Source: a virus
Lineage: Duplodnaviria; Caudoviricetes
IMG/VR virus record: IMGVR_UViG_3300037470_000177
Span: 1-38,126 of that record
Direction: 5' to 3' (one strand)
DNA: 38,126 nucleotides
How positions within the stretch are numbered: the first letter of the stretch is position 1; every line of letters starts with the position of its first letter. The notes under the pieces were generated by a model. It had not been told where the DNA came from and ran no database searches. It saw only the letters and a list, made by a program, of their open reading frames with translations. Below are positions 1-9,454 of the stretch, in pieces. The position numbers and the translations under genes are program-made.

Positions 1-597
1 GCCCCTGCGTGAAGCAGTCCATCCACCCTGCGGCATGAAAGCCGTGGGGTCAGCCATGGCGTCCTTGCTGCGGGCGTCGGTCAGCCGGCGCATCATCAGC
101 CCAAAGATGTAGTTCTGCTTCTCGTTGCTCTGCGTCAGGGTGAACACCGCCTCAGAAGCCAGGTACGCGGCCACGTACTTGGTGAAGGTCACTGGCCAGC
201 GGGTCAGGTCGTTGCCGTAGGTGGCAGCCTTGGATATGTAGCGGACGTAAATCGGGTCTATATCAGCTACCCAAAACCCCACTTCCTCAACCATGCGCAG
301 CAGCGGCACCGTGAAGTATTCATCTTCACAGACGCCGGCAGTTCGGATGTGGTCGTTGGGCTTGTCGAAGGCGTTGTTGTAGCCGAAGGCAGGTAGGGTG
401 GTGATGGACTTCTCAATCTCTACGGCGCGCATTGCGAAGTTCCACTGCCCTTGTTCTAGGCAGTAGTCGACAGCGCCGTCAGTCCATATATCGTCGAGAA
501 CCCTGCGGGGCTCCCGGTTCTCGGTTAGGCTGGCGAGGCGGCGTTCTCCGATCAGTCGTAGGGCTTCATTGTAAAGTCCGAGTTGAGTCGCCGCCAT
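1..597 (-). CDS. Tail tubular protein A / head-tail adaptor (T7 gp11-like), truncated by the window edge
   Basis: Not in the ORF track. Manual translation from ATG at 597: MAATQLGLYNEALRLIGERRLASLTEN...CLEQGQWNFAMR...; open to position 1. The N-AL-IG and WNFA pattern and the position after the capsid fit this family. Confidence 0.7.
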   Translation of the reverse strand, partial: MAATQLGLYNEALRLIGERRLASLTENREPRRVLDDIWTDGAVDYCLEQGQWNFAMRAVEIEKSITTLPAFGYNNAFDKPNDHIRTAGVCEDEYFTVPLLRMVEEVGFWVADIDPIYVRYISKAATYGNDLTRWPVTFTKYVAAYLASEAVFTLTQSNEKQNYIFGLMMRRLTDARSKDAMADPTAFMPQGGWTASRRG

Positions 598-609
598 GAT
601 GCACCGCCT

Positions 610-1038
610 TTAGAGAGTCATTACATACGAATTGAGCCAGTTGTGGGCCTCTACCTTGGTCTGCAGGTTTTCCTTGATCGATTCCTTATCTTCCTTGCGG
701 ACGATGCAGAACTTCAAGTGCGGGCCGCGGTACTGGACGATGAACTTCTCGAAGGCTTCACCTTCCAGTTGGTCGTCGTCTTTGCTGGTCAGATCGATCT
801 TGACCAGTGGAACCAGCTTGGCCCAAACCCGACCACATGATACCACCAACAGCTCCGCGTACCACTCGCCGGTGTCGACGCTGACGTGAACACGGTCGTA
901 GAGGGATAGTTTGGGGGCTACGTTTGCCAGGTACGAAGGGTTGAGGACTTCCTCAAGGGTGGTGTTGGCTGGGACTGTGAGTGACCAGCTCATGTTCTTG
1001 TGAGGGAACTCGCTGAAACGAATCGTGTCGACGGACAT
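610..1038 (-). CDS. Hypothetical protein (virion module)
   Basis: 142-aa ORF with a GGAG RBS upstream, in the operon between capsid and tail tube. Confidence 0.7.
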   Translation of the reverse strand: MSVDTIRFSEFPHKNMSWSLTVPANTTLEEVLNPSYLANVAPKLSLYDRVHVSVDTGEWYAELLVVSCGRVWAKLVPLVKIDLTSKDDDQLEGEAFEKFIVQYRGPHLKFCIVRKEDKESIKENLQTKVEAHNWLNSYVMTL

Positions 1039-1054
1039 TGTTTTTCTCCGAGGT

Positions 1055-1079
1055 AAAAAAAGGGGGCGCGAACGCCCCC
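1055..1079 (-). terminator. Rho-independent terminator after the capsid/decoration genes
   Basis: Minus strand reads GGGGGCG-TTCG-CGCCCCC-TTTTTTT. Confidence 0.85.
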
Positions 1080-1094
1080 ACCAGCCAATGTTGC

Positions 1095-1436
1095 TTAGGT
1101 CACGATGCCAGCGTTGAGACTCACGCCGGTGGAGCTGACGTGAGAGACAACACCCATCCAGCCTACACCACTGGAACCCACGGTGGTGGTGTGCGAGACA
1201 CCGAGCACCATATCGCCAGGACGCATGCCGAGACGCTGACCATCAGTGAAGAAACCAGCAGCCACCACCTCAGCAGTGGTGTTGGTCGAAACATACGACC
1301 ACAAGCTACCAGCATGTGCCCCAGGGTGCCCGATATCGTCGAAACCCGAAGAGCTGACGTGACCGCCGAGGCCCTGTACAAGAGCGCGGGGCGGGTTGGA
1401 TACGGACGAAGCCGCCGTAGTGCCGTTATAGGCCAT
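1095..1436 (-). CDS. Probable capsid decoration / minor head protein, Ser/Thr/Gly-rich
   Basis: 113 aa, directly after the capsid gene and before the terminator, with an AAGGAG RBS. Confidence 0.6.
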   Translation of the reverse strand: MAYNGTTAASSVSNPPRALVQGLGGHVSSSGFDDIGHPGAHAGSLWSYVSTNTTAEVVAAGFFTDGQRLGMRPGDMVLGVSHTTTVGSSGVGWMGVVSHVSSTGVSLNAGIVT

Positions 1437-1448
1437 GATCCTTACTCC

Positions 1449-2300
1449 TTACTGAGCGACGAAGGCGCTACCGTCGTGGTTAATGACAACGATGCCGCTG
1501 TTTTGCAGCAGCTTCGACCCCATGAAGATCGAGGCACGCGCCCACGAATAGGCTTGCTCCTCGTCATATCCAACCGGAGTTTCCATACTCCCGGTGGCAG
1601 CGGCGTGGCCGATGGCATTCTTGTGGTACAAGAAGCATTTCTCGGCACTGGTGCCTTTGCCTGGAAGGTTGGGGTGCTCGATGATCGAGCAGTTGCGCCA
1701 CTTGTAGCTCATGGGCTTGTCTTTCCAGCTCGACTCCTGACCGGCGTAGGGACGCAGGTCAACGTACTGGGCGTTGGCAAACTCAGGGGCTTGCTCCAGA
1801 TAGGCCAGGAAAGCCGGGGTACACAGCAACGTAATATTGGAATCCCAAGGTACGTCATTGTTGCCCAGGATAACGCGGGCGTGCTGGAACATACTGACCG
1901 ATCCGGTAGCAGCAGCCCCGGTGTCGTTCGTAGCGGTGTTCAGCTCGGTGATAATCTCATCGTCGATCTTGCGATTGACGACGGCCATAGTGGTCATTTG
2001 CATGATTTCGCGCTGGCTGCCCTGGGACGCAAAGACGTTGAAGCTGGTCTTGCGAACGAGGTCATGCCATTCCTGCAGGACAACACTATTCTGAGTGTTA
2101 TTGTCCGCGCGAGCGGGAATCATACCGTTTACACCGCGAGTCATTGCCGCAGCGCCGCCAGAATCAGCGACTAGGAAGACCGCAGTGTTGCCCTTAATAA
2201 CCGCCTCGGTAGTGACGGTATCGCGCAGCAAAGATTGATGCTGTTCGAAACCGGCAATAAATTCCTGGCGGTACTGGGTTTGAAATGCCGTGTCAGACAT
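1449..2300 (-). CDS. Major capsid protein
   Basis: 283 aa, MSDTAFQTQYRQEFIAGFEQ...LRDTVT N-terminus; follows portal and scaffold; followed by a decoration gene and terminator. Confidence 0.85.
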   Translation of the reverse strand: MSDTAFQTQYRQEFIAGFEQHQSLLRDTVTTEAVIKGNTAVFLVADSGGAAAMTRGVNGMIPARADNNTQNSVVLQEWHDLVRKTSFNVFASQGSQREIMQMTTMAVVNRKIDDEIITELNTATNDTGAAATGSVSMFQHARVILGNNDVPWDSNITLLCTPAFLAYLEQAPEFANAQYVDLRPYAGQESSWKDKPMSYKWRNCSIIEHPNLPGKGTSAEKCFLYHKNAIGHAAATGSMETPVGYDEEQAYSWARASIFMGSKLLQNSGIVVINHDGSAFVAQ

Positions 2301-2330
2301 GACAGTTACTCCAATAAACAGGTTTTTAGT

Positions 2331-2460
2331 CCGTTCGCCGGGGTTGTCTGCAGTGCCAAACTACGGGTTGTCTCTTGCGAGGGCCAGTTTGTTTTAGCAG
2401 GGCCTTGCTACTACGGTATTCAGTTTCCAGCGGTGCCATAAATGGGTTGACCGCTGAATT
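2331..2460 (-). promoter_or_regulatory. Structured 5' leader of the capsid gene with three repeats of an internal-loop motif
   Basis: GGGTTG(T/A)C at 2341, 2365 and 2444 on plus; on minus each copy lies in a hairpin, e.g. CAGCGG-TCAAC-CCAT-TT-ATGG-CA-CCGCTG. Confidence 0.5.
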
Positions 2461-2533
2461 GTTTTAAGACTAGCATGAAAAAGTGGAAGGGGGGAATAGT
2501 CCACACTTCTGAGTACCCCCGCCCCCACACTCC

Positions 2534-3487
2534 TTATGCCTTCGCACGCTCCCTCGCACTGTAAAGCTCACGCAGACGATTCTGCATCTTCGAGTCTGCG
2601 TTGTACGCTTTACGGTTTTCCCTCATTGTCTTTTCAATCGTGGTGATTTCATCATCGATTGCGCCAGCGATGTTTGCACCAGCCCCAGGCACCACGGTGG
2701 CTACCGGGTTGATGGTGCGAGCATTCATGGCCAACCAGCGCGCCATGTCCGGGTGATTCAACAGTGCGTTACCATCACCCAGGCGAGCATTGACGAACAG
2801 GTCTTTCACGTCAGCCGGCATGGTGTCGACCAGGCCGCGAATCATGTTGATGTTGGCACGGAAGTCACCGCCCCACTCAGCGCGAAGAACGTCTTCGGAT
2901 TCACGCAGGAACGTGGAGTCTTTCTCTTCCTGGGCGCTGAGCATGCGCTCCTGTTCCTCGTAGTACCAGTGCATGATCTTGTTCACCTGCTCTGGTGAAG
3001 CGTTGGACTCATGCGCGGCTTTCAGGAACCCTTCAACGATAGGCTTGTCATGCTCGCCGATCACCAGGCCGTCGTCGAACGCCAGCTCGTACCCTTCCGG
3101 TGCATCAGGGATACCGTGGGCCTTGCGCCATTCAGCCTGCTGCTCGGGCTTGCCGTCGGCAGGGTACTCGGAAACAGGTTTCAGCTCGCCGCTGTCCAGC
3201 TTCTGGCGCAGGGCCATGTAGCTTTCGAACATACTCTTGGGTGAGTCGAAGCGCTCCAGGGTCTTCTGGTGCTTGGCGTCCGGGGAAATCTTGGAACGCC
3301 AGTCTGGCGCCCAGTCGCCTGCAGGTTCTTCCTTGGCAGCCGGCGTGGTGTCGGCAGCTGCGGCAGCGGGGGGAGTGGTAGTGTCGGCTGGTGCATCAGT
3401 AGTTGTGTCTACCGTATCGTCTGCACCACCCAGGTCAGCGCCGTCGTCGACGTTTTCATCTTGGTAAATGGTGTACCAGGGTTTCAT
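2534..3487 (-). CDS. Capsid scaffolding protein
   Basis: 317 aa with acidic low-complexity N-terminus, PDAPEGY motif and LRAEWG motif; lies between portal and capsid. Confidence 0.8.
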   Translation of the reverse strand: MKPWYTIYQDENVDDGADLGGADDTVDTTTDAPADTTTPPAAAAADTTPAAKEEPAGDWAPDWRSKISPDAKHQKTLERFDSPKSMFESYMALRQKLDSGELKPVSEYPADGKPEQQAEWRKAHGIPDAPEGYELAFDDGLVIGEHDKPIVEGFLKAAHESNASPEQVNKIMHWYYEEQERMLSAQEEKDSTFLRESEDVLRAEWGGDFRANINMIRGLVDTMPADVKDLFVNARLGDGNALLNHPDMARWLAMNARTINPVATVVPGAGANIAGAIDDEITTIEKTMRENRKAYNADSKMQNRLRELYSARERAKA

Positions 3488-3756
3488 TTGTCTTTCCTCT
3501 GCAGTTTCGAGATATCGAGTTTCAGGGCCTTGACGATCTGTAGACCGACAAAGCGCCGTCCCTCGGCAAACGAAGTGTCGCGATCACTCGTTGGGCGGTA
3601 CGAAAGTTCATAGGTGGCGCAAGCGTTCTCTATGATCCATTTGATGGCACGTTGTTGTTGATCGGCCGAGGCCGTGCCAGCTGCCAGGCCCTTTATGGCC
3701 ATGATATCTGCCAGCTCATAGGCTGGCGGATAAAACGGCGCACTCTTCACATCCAT
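3484..3756 (-). CDS. Bbp19-like small phage protein
   Basis: 90 aa with TSFAEGRRFVGLQI motif, typical of the small gene between portal and scaffold in BPP-1-like podoviruses. Confidence 0.7.
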   Translation of the reverse strand: MDVKSAPFYPPAYELADIMAIKGLAAGTASADQQQRAIKWIIENACATYELSYRPTSDRDTSFAEGRRFVGLQIVKALKLDISKLQRKDK

Positions 3757-5393
3757 TATTGATTCTCTACAAGTGGCATGCCTGCTTCTCCGAGCGTTTT
3801 AGCAACATCAGCACCTTGTTGCATACCGGCAAGCACGGTGGCTGCTTCCTGTTGCTCCGCTTGCGCCTGCATCTGTGCCTCAACGTCGTCTTTGCTGACG
3901 ACCCACTTGGCAGGAACGCCAATCCCTTCCAGTACATCACGCAGGGCTTGCTTGGCGTCGATAAGCATAGCAGTCGAAGGATCGAACTGAACAGAAGCTG
4001 CGATGTACTGCTGGGCTTCCATGAAGCGGCTCCCTTTCTCGCGCTCGATGGCCTCGTGCAGCGGGCTTTCGAAGCGGAACTGAATGTCAGCCCCTTGAAG
4101 GCTTTCAGGCAGGTCGAAGGGCGAACCGAACGCCCCGGAGCGCAGGAGAAGGGAGAAAGTCTCTTCGCAAATCGCACCGTTGTACTCCAGCTCCATCGGC
4201 TCAAAGAGCGGAAGAGCATCGCGGATGTACTGCTGAATCCTCTGGCCCACTTCATAAGCTGTCATTTCCGGTGCGCGTTGGGGCAAGTTTAGCTTACTCA
4301 GGTAGAACGCTTCCGACAGCATGAACCGGGTGTCCCGCGCCATGTCGACACCGAGCGGCATGCTGCTCTTGTCCTGAGTCAGCGGGCGTAGCACTTCGCC
4401 CAGCTTCTCATCGTAGGCCGCATCGACCCAGGTGATACCACCAGCGAAGATCGAAACGTCGGAGCGGATAGCCTCCTGCACTGCGATCATCGGCGGGTTG
4501 ACTTGCTTCTCGCCGGCTTCCAGCAGGGTGTAGGTCATAGCCTGCAGCAGACGGGCGTCTGGCAGGGCAGCCACGGTGGCTGGGGAGTAGGCATACTGCG
4601 ACCCGCTCACAGTCTGCCAACGTGGAATAACGTAGATCGGCGAGAACACGCCGACCTTCTCTATGGTCTTCATATGCACGGCGTCGAAGTAGATCGACAC
4701 GTACGGGGTGTTGAAACTGCCATCCGCCATATCGGCTTCCACCACGATATGGCGAACGTCGATTTCTTCGAATGGGGTGCGCTCAGCCATCTTCATAACA
4801 TCAGGGTGCAGCTTGGAAGCGCCGAAGATCCTTACGAGGTCACGCGCAGTGGGCTTCCACTTGCGGACGACCATGCCGATCTTACCTTCCTCATCTTCTG
4901 ACCAAGCCATGTCGCGCAGGTGCCAGCAGCGGTACAGCAAGCCTGACTTTTCCCGGTTCAGCTCGACTGAGATACAGCACTGGCCGAACGTGGCGAAGTC
5001 GTTGTCGCCTTCTTTCGTGGCTCGGATGAACTGGGTATCGCGGTCGTACATCGCCTTGCGCTGTACCTTACCAGCCCACTGCAGCCACACCTGGGCCTCT
5101 GGATCCACGTTGCCGCCTGGCTCCTCAGTGTCGTCGCCGCGGATGGTCAGGTGGAACCACGGCTTCTCAGTTGGCCGGAGCATGAACGAAAAGTAATTGG
5201 CCAGGTCACGGCGGGCCAGGATGGGGTAGCTGGTTGAGAGATTGTCAGCAAAATCAGTACCTAACGAACGGCGGAAGGTGAAGTCCGCACGCTCGGGGTA
5301 GAAATTCTCTGCCATCTCCTGCCATAGGCTGATCAGCGACGAGCGCTTGGAATGCAGCTGCTCGCCCTGCTCGTACAGTTTCTTGTCTTCCAT
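3756..5393 (-). CDS. Portal protein (head-to-tail connector, T7 gp8/Bbp21 family)
   Basis: 545 aa; PRW...YAYSP, MTAYEV and F-FESPL motifs. Confidence 0.92.
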   Translation of the reverse strand: MEDKKLYEQGEQLHSKRSSLISLWQEMAENFYPERADFTFRRSLGTDFADNLSTSYPILARRDLANYFSFMLRPTEKPWFHLTIRGDDTEEPGGNVDPEAQVWLQWAGKVQRKAMYDRDTQFIRATKEGDNDFATFGQCCISVELNREKSGLLYRCWHLRDMAWSEDEEGKIGMVVRKWKPTARDLVRIFGASKLHPDVMKMAERTPFEEIDVRHIVVEADMADGSFNTPYVSIYFDAVHMKTIEKVGVFSPIYVIPRWQTVSGSQYAYSPATVAALPDARLLQAMTYTLLEAGEKQVNPPMIAVQEAIRSDVSIFAGGITWVDAAYDEKLGEVLRPLTQDKSSMPLGVDMARDTRFMLSEAFYLSKLNLPQRAPEMTAYEVGQRIQQYIRDALPLFEPMELEYNGAICEETFSLLLRSGAFGSPFDLPESLQGADIQFRFESPLHEAIEREKGSRFMEAQQYIAASVQFDPSTAMLIDAKQALRDVLEGIGVPAKWVVSKDDVEAQMQAQAEQQEAATVLAGMQQGADVAKTLGEAGMPLVENQ

Positions 5394-5816
5394 TTAGCCT
5401 CCCAACCGTTCGACTTCTTCCTCGCCGACGGTGGCCTCCCGGTTGGTTAGGATCGTGGATACACGACCACGGCGCTTGCGGTTCAACTCGCCCGTAGAAA
5501 CGTCGTCGGTGGTTTGCGGAGAGCCTTCACCGCCAGTGAACCCTGGTGTCTCTACTGCTGTTCCTGGCACTGCCGGCGCTACTGCTGCTGGTGGCGTGGA
5601 CGGCACGTCTGTTGGGGTATTTTGGGCGATGCTCATGTCTGGCATTTTCGGGCCCATCGCGTCGCCAAGCATATTTCCTGCGACCATACCCAAACCAGCG
5701 CCGACCATTCCGCCGACAGACATAATACCCGCCAGCGTACCGCCGCCACCGACCAAACCGCCTATGACGGCGCCGAGAAGCGGGGCTTCTTTAACCGGCT
5801 TGTTTATCTCAAACAT
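5394..5816 (-). CDS. Small virion-associated protein (paralogue 3 of a tandem trio)
   Basis: 140 aa, Gly-rich hydrophobic N-terminus, C-terminus RKRRGRVSTILT...ERLGG; immediately before portal. Confidence 0.7.
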   Translation of the reverse strand: MFEINKPVKEAPLLGAVIGGLVGGGGTLAGIMSVGGMVGAGLGMVAGNMLGDAMGPKMPDMSIAQNTPTDVPSTPPAAVAPAVPGTAVETPGFTGGEGSPQTTDDVSTGELNRKRRGRVSTILTNREATVGEEEVERLGG

Positions 5817-5828
5817 GATTTCTCCCCC

Positions 5829-6302
5829 TTATGCACCAAGCGTCTCAACGGCGCCGCCCAAACCTGTGAGTAAATTTCGCAGTCCTCGCGGGCGACGACC
5901 GCCGCCTTTGGACACATCGGAGCCCATTGTACCAACTAAAGATCCGGCTGGCGCGGCGGGGGCTGGCGGCGCTGCTGCAGCTGGTTGCGCAGCAGGCGCT
6001 GCCGGGGGCTGGGCGACAGGCTGGGCCACTGGTGCCGGCGCAGGTGCTGCAACTGGTGCAGGCTCCTGGGCCTGGGCAACTGGTGCAGGCGCCTGGGCAA
6101 CTGGTGCAGGTGCTTGGGCCTGTGCGGTCGCCGTAGCACCTGGGGTGCCAGCCGGCAGCCCGTTCTGGTTAATGCCTTGCATGGCCTTAGCCACTAGGCC
6201 CCACTGATCTTCTGCTTTTTTGTCAGTGGGTATCATCAGCGGGATATTCCCGGTGCCTGCCCCGGCTGCGGTGTTCATAGTGAGGTTGCTAAAGTCGCCC
6301 AT
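5829..6302 (-). CDS. Pro/Ala/Gln-rich virion-associated protein (paralogue 2)
   Basis: Start moved to ATG at 6302, just after the upstream stop; APVAQ repeats; C-terminus GGGRRPRGLRNLLTGLGGAVETLGA. Confidence 0.7.
   Translation of the reverse strand: MGDFSNLTMNTAAGAGTGNIPLMIPTDKKAEDQWGLVAKAMQGINQNGLPAGTPGATATAQAQAPAPVAQAPAPVAQAQEPAPVAAPAPAPVAQPVAQPPAAPAAQPAAAAPPAPAAPAGSLVGTMGSDVSKGGGRRPRGLRNLLTGLGGAVETLGA
5955..6125 (-). repeat. Imperfect coding tandem repeats (APAPVAQ)
   Basis: Recurrent GCAACTGGTGCAGG on plus, around 6048-6110, inside the Pro/Ala-rich segment. Confidence 0.6.
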
Positions 6303-6303
6303 G

Positions 6304-6912
6304 TCACCCTCCGAATGTCTCGCCACCGCCACCGAATCCACCCAACAGCGTGGATACCCTGCCGCGGCGACCGCCGCCGCGTTTCTTGCCTGTGTTCGCG
6401 GTATCGGCACCCATGGTGCCTGTCAGCTGCGTGCCAACGATAGTACCCGCAGCTGCTGCAGCTGGCGAACTTTCCGGCGCTGGCGGCGTGAACACAGGGG
6501 CTGGTGCGGCAGGTGCAGGCGCAGACCCAGGTTGCTGATACCCTGCTGGGGCTCTGTACGTTTGCTTCATTATGCTTTGCTCCAGGGCGTACAGTTGTTC
6601 GGCCATTGCAAGGCGCTGCTTTTTAACACTGGCAAGGCTTCTTTGCTCTGGCGTCCAGTCAACTGGTTTACCTGGCCCGCTACGAGAACTGAGAATCTTC
6701 TTCTCCCGCGCAAGTTGCGCGTCGTAAGCAGCTGATTTCGAGTCCCACTGCTTGAAAAGGGCTTCTACGTTTGGCCCGCCTAGCAAACCTGGGTTACGCT
6801 CCAGAGGCTTCACGTTCGCACCATGTTTGGCAGCGTCGTAGTTTGAGAAATCAGTAACCCTATTAGGGTCTAATTTAGGCTTACCACCGCCACCACCGAA
6901 TAGACCACCCAT
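6304..6912 (-). CDS. Pro/Ala-rich virion-associated protein (paralogue 1)
   Basis: 202 aa, MGGLFGGGG start, C-terminus GGGRRGRVSTLLGGFGGGGETFGG. Confidence 0.75.
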   Translation of the reverse strand: MGGLFGGGGGKPKLDPNRVTDFSNYDAAKHGANVKPLERNPGLLGGPNVEALFKQWDSKSAAYDAQLAREKKILSSRSGPGKPVDWTPEQRSLASVKKQRLAMAEQLYALEQSIMKQTYRAPAGYQQPGSAPAPAAPAPVFTPPAPESSPAAAAAGTIVGTQLTGTMGADTANTGKKRGGGRRGRVSTLLGGFGGGGETFGG

Positions 6913-7058
6913 TATCGACCCCTCCCCTTGTTCCCAGGCTTGCTTGGCTTACCGGGCTTGGCCGGTCGGCTCTTTACAGCCCTAATGGTCTGGCCCAGGT
7001 TCTCGGGCTCATTTTTGTCCTGCCGCTTGGCACGTACCGGGCGCGTATCTGGTGTCAT
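6912..7058 (-). CDS. Small basic protein (48 aa)
   Basis: Manual: MTPDTRPVRAKRQ...KPGKPSKPGNKGRGR; starts right after the TerL stop and has a TAATG overlap with the next gene. Confidence 0.55.
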   Translation of the reverse strand: MTPDTRPVRAKRQDKNEPENLGQTIRAVKSRPAKPGKPSKPGNKGRGR

Positions 7059-7059
7059 T

Positions 7060-8652
7060 TCACCTGCCATTTCTGCGATCCTTACTGGTTATGACCTTGA
7101 CACCATTGGCGCCGCGATTCTTCACAGTTTCCCGACGTACCAGCCACTCACCGCCGTCGGTCATGAACTTTGGCCCGCTCGACCATGCCATTACAACGGC
7201 ATCGCCGCGGTCTGTAGACCGGCCTAGGCGAGCGCATACGTCCTCTTTGGTTTCGAGTTTAAGCCCTTTCGGTGTGACTTCAAAATGTGGGGCAGCCAAG
7301 TCGGCCATGAGCCGTGGGTCGTCAGGCAGCATCATTGTCGCACCACCGTCCTGGCTAGGGTCTAAGGCTTCACGCAAACGCCAGTATGCCTCGGTTCTCT
7401 TGTTCGTGAATTTCAGCTGCCGATCCTTGGTTCTGGTGTCGACGGCGGTAGACCCCTTGTACGACACAACCGGGATCTTGTTGTCCAGCAGTTTTTCATA
7501 CGTGGCACCGCCGTAACCACCTCCCATGTCGAGGATAATCTCGGCGTCGTCCTTGCGGTTGGCGAGAATGAACCCGGCCACGTCTGAACCGAGCGGCGTC
7601 TCCCGCCCAGGCTTGGCCAGCATGGGAGCAAACCAGTCGTCATACCGGATTGCGATAATGGTTTCGTCAGCACCACCCTGGGCCACGTCGGTGCCCATCG
7701 CGCACATCGGTATGCCCAGGCGTGGGTACTGAGTCCAGCGGCGCTGAGCGTCCTTGATCCACGAAGTGGGTATGCACTGGTTCACGTCATCGCGCAGCGA
7801 TGCCATGAATCCACCCATCAGGATAGAGCGGAACGGCTCGATCATAGCGTCAAGCTGGGCTTGGTAGTCAGTGCCGACCAGATACGGGTTGTCGTGCATC
7901 GAAGCCGGGATGTAGGTTCGGGACAGCGGCTTGACCTTCCTACCGTCCTCCAGCTCTACGAGGTGCGGGCCCTCTACCTCTTGATCCTTGCCGTACTCAT
8001 CTGTGATGAACCAGCGCAGCTCGCCGTGCCTGGCTGGGTTGGGGTGCTGCGGGTCTAGCCAGGGGGCGAACATCTCCACCACCCATGCGCCTTCGGACGA
8101 TAGGGGCGGGTTGGTAGCGATCACTACCCTGGTACGTTGGTTGGGGTCATCGGCGCAGCGCAGCCAGCCCATGAGGAAGCGTATCTGCGTTTCAGCGAAG
8201 TGGGTGCCCTCGTCGAAGGCAATCAGGTCGTGCGGGTTGCCCATCCAGTGCTGCTCATCGCCTACCCTGGCCGCGGCGCCGAACTCGATGAACCGCTCAG
8301 GGCTTACCCGTAGGCTCGGCGGCGGGCTGCCGCTGTAGCCCTTGCGCGAGCCGTGGAATTTTAGGGTTTCGTCGACGATGGGGCTAATGTCGGTGTACTG
8401 CCGGCGCATGATCAAGGATCTGCGGTGGCAGTTTAGGGCTAGCCCAATAATTAGGGAGGTCTTGCCTCCCCCTGGTTCCCCGCCGTACAGCAGGATATCA
8501 GCCTTCGACAGATACGCTTCTGTCTGCGGGCCGGGCGAAGGAACCCAGCGCATGCCCTTGGTTTGAGCATACGCATCTTCCTTTACCTTGTGCCTGTCAG
8601 CATCCGCCAGGGCATTGAGGCGATTGATCGTCTGATCGAGGATCTGGCTCAT
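7060..8652 (-). CDS. terL: Terminase large subunit
   Basis: 530 aa; Walker A GGEPGGGKT, Walker B IAFDE, ATNP coupling motif, nuclease DVAQGGAD and STDRGDA. Confidence 0.95.
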   Translation of the reverse strand: MSQILDQTINRLNALADADRHKVKEDAYAQTKGMRWVPSPGPQTEAYLSKADILLYGGEPGGGKTSLIIGLALNCHRRSLIMRRQYTDISPIVDETLKFHGSRKGYSGSPPPSLRVSPERFIEFGAAARVGDEQHWMGNPHDLIAFDEGTHFAETQIRFLMGWLRCADDPNQRTRVVIATNPPLSSEGAWVVEMFAPWLDPQHPNPARHGELRWFITDEYGKDQEVEGPHLVELEDGRKVKPLSRTYIPASMHDNPYLVGTDYQAQLDAMIEPFRSILMGGFMASLRDDVNQCIPTSWIKDAQRRWTQYPRLGIPMCAMGTDVAQGGADETIIAIRYDDWFAPMLAKPGRETPLGSDVAGFILANRKDDAEIILDMGGGYGGATYEKLLDNKIPVVSYKGSTAVDTRTKDRQLKFTNKRTEAYWRLREALDPSQDGGATMMLPDDPRLMADLAAPHFEVTPKGLKLETKEDVCARLGRSTDRGDAVVMAWSSGPKFMTDGGEWLVRRETVKNRGANGVKVITSKDRRNGR

Positions 8653-9454
8653 CGGTTTCTTTCAGCTCCATGTTGAACTGGTATTGCTGCATTGCTGCAA
8701 CCAGCGGCGGTTCAAGAAAGCGCGAGGAAGGCCCGTCGACATTCCCCATCCAATCCATTTCAGCCCATTCCAGATCTTCTAGAGCGCCGCGGAGAAACAG
8801 CGTTTCGTCCTTGGCATTCTGCTGGGCGACCAGGGCATTCTGTACCCTGCCTTCCAGCTCGCGGCGGCGGGCCAACATCTTGATCCGCGCGTGAGACACC
8901 TCAGACACGCCGTACAACGGCGCCGGCCTGAACAGATCCGACTCGGGCGGAACGCCGACTTCGATGCCGTGGGCCTTGGCGATGATAGCAAAATACTGAC
9001 ACCCAAGCCGTTGATCCTTGTACTCGGTAGCCGCCGCCATGTCCACGCCATACAGGCCGATGCGCTTGAAGCCGCATTCGATGGCCATGGCCATCATGTA
9101 CGCAAGCGAGGACGTGAAGAAGTACGGGGAGTATTTCTGGATGAGGTCGACAAGGGGCAGCTCGATGGAGTTTGGTATCTCGGGGCGCTTCTCAGCCATC
9201 CATACCGGGCCGGGGTAATTGGCCAAAAACTGACAGTATTCGGGGCTGAACCACGGTTGCCCAGGCTCATATCTGTGCAGCTCTACCCATGCGTTTGAGC
9301 GCGGTGCCACGCCATAGACGCCGGGACTGCAGCCGATCATGGCCCAGTTGGGATTACTGAAAGGGGCGAGTCGTAATGAGCTGGGGGCAGAGCCGAGAAG
9401 GCAGATCTGATCTGCCTCAGTGTTGAAATACTGACGGCGAAGTTCAAGTGACAT
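8597..9454 (-). CDS. Putative glycosyltransferase of the Maf/CstII (sialyltransferase-like) fold
   Basis: 285 aa; N-terminal ICLLGSAPS and FTSSLAYMMAMAIECGFKRIGLYGVDM resemble the G-x-GPS and TSG...A...G.K.I.L.G.D motifs of these families; C-terminal coiled coil. Confidence 0.6.
   Translation of the reverse strand: MSLELRRQYFNTEADQICLLGSAPSSLRLAPFSNPNWAMIGCSPGVYGVAPRSNAWVELHRYEPGQPWFSPEYCQFLANYPGPVWMAEKRPEIPNSIELPLVDLIQKYSPYFFTSSLAYMMAMAIECGFKRIGLYGVDMAAATEYKDQRLGCQYFAIIAKAHGIEVGVPPESDLFRPAPLYGVSEVSHARIKMLARRRELEGRVQNALVAQQNAKDETLFLRGALEDLEWAEMDWMGNVDGPSSRFLEPPLVAAMQQYQFNMELKETDEPDPRSDDQSPQCPGGC

Noticed and set aside
1038-2174. 378-aa plus-strand ORF and other long antisense ORFs (e.g. 5431-6207, 26496-27245, 31755-32426, 32577-33197)
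   Set aside because: Shadow frames opposite well-supported genes in GC-rich coding DNA
5829-6410. 193-aa ORF start at 6410
   Set aside because: Overlaps the upstream paralogue by over 100 nt; ATG 6302 right after its stop is more plausible
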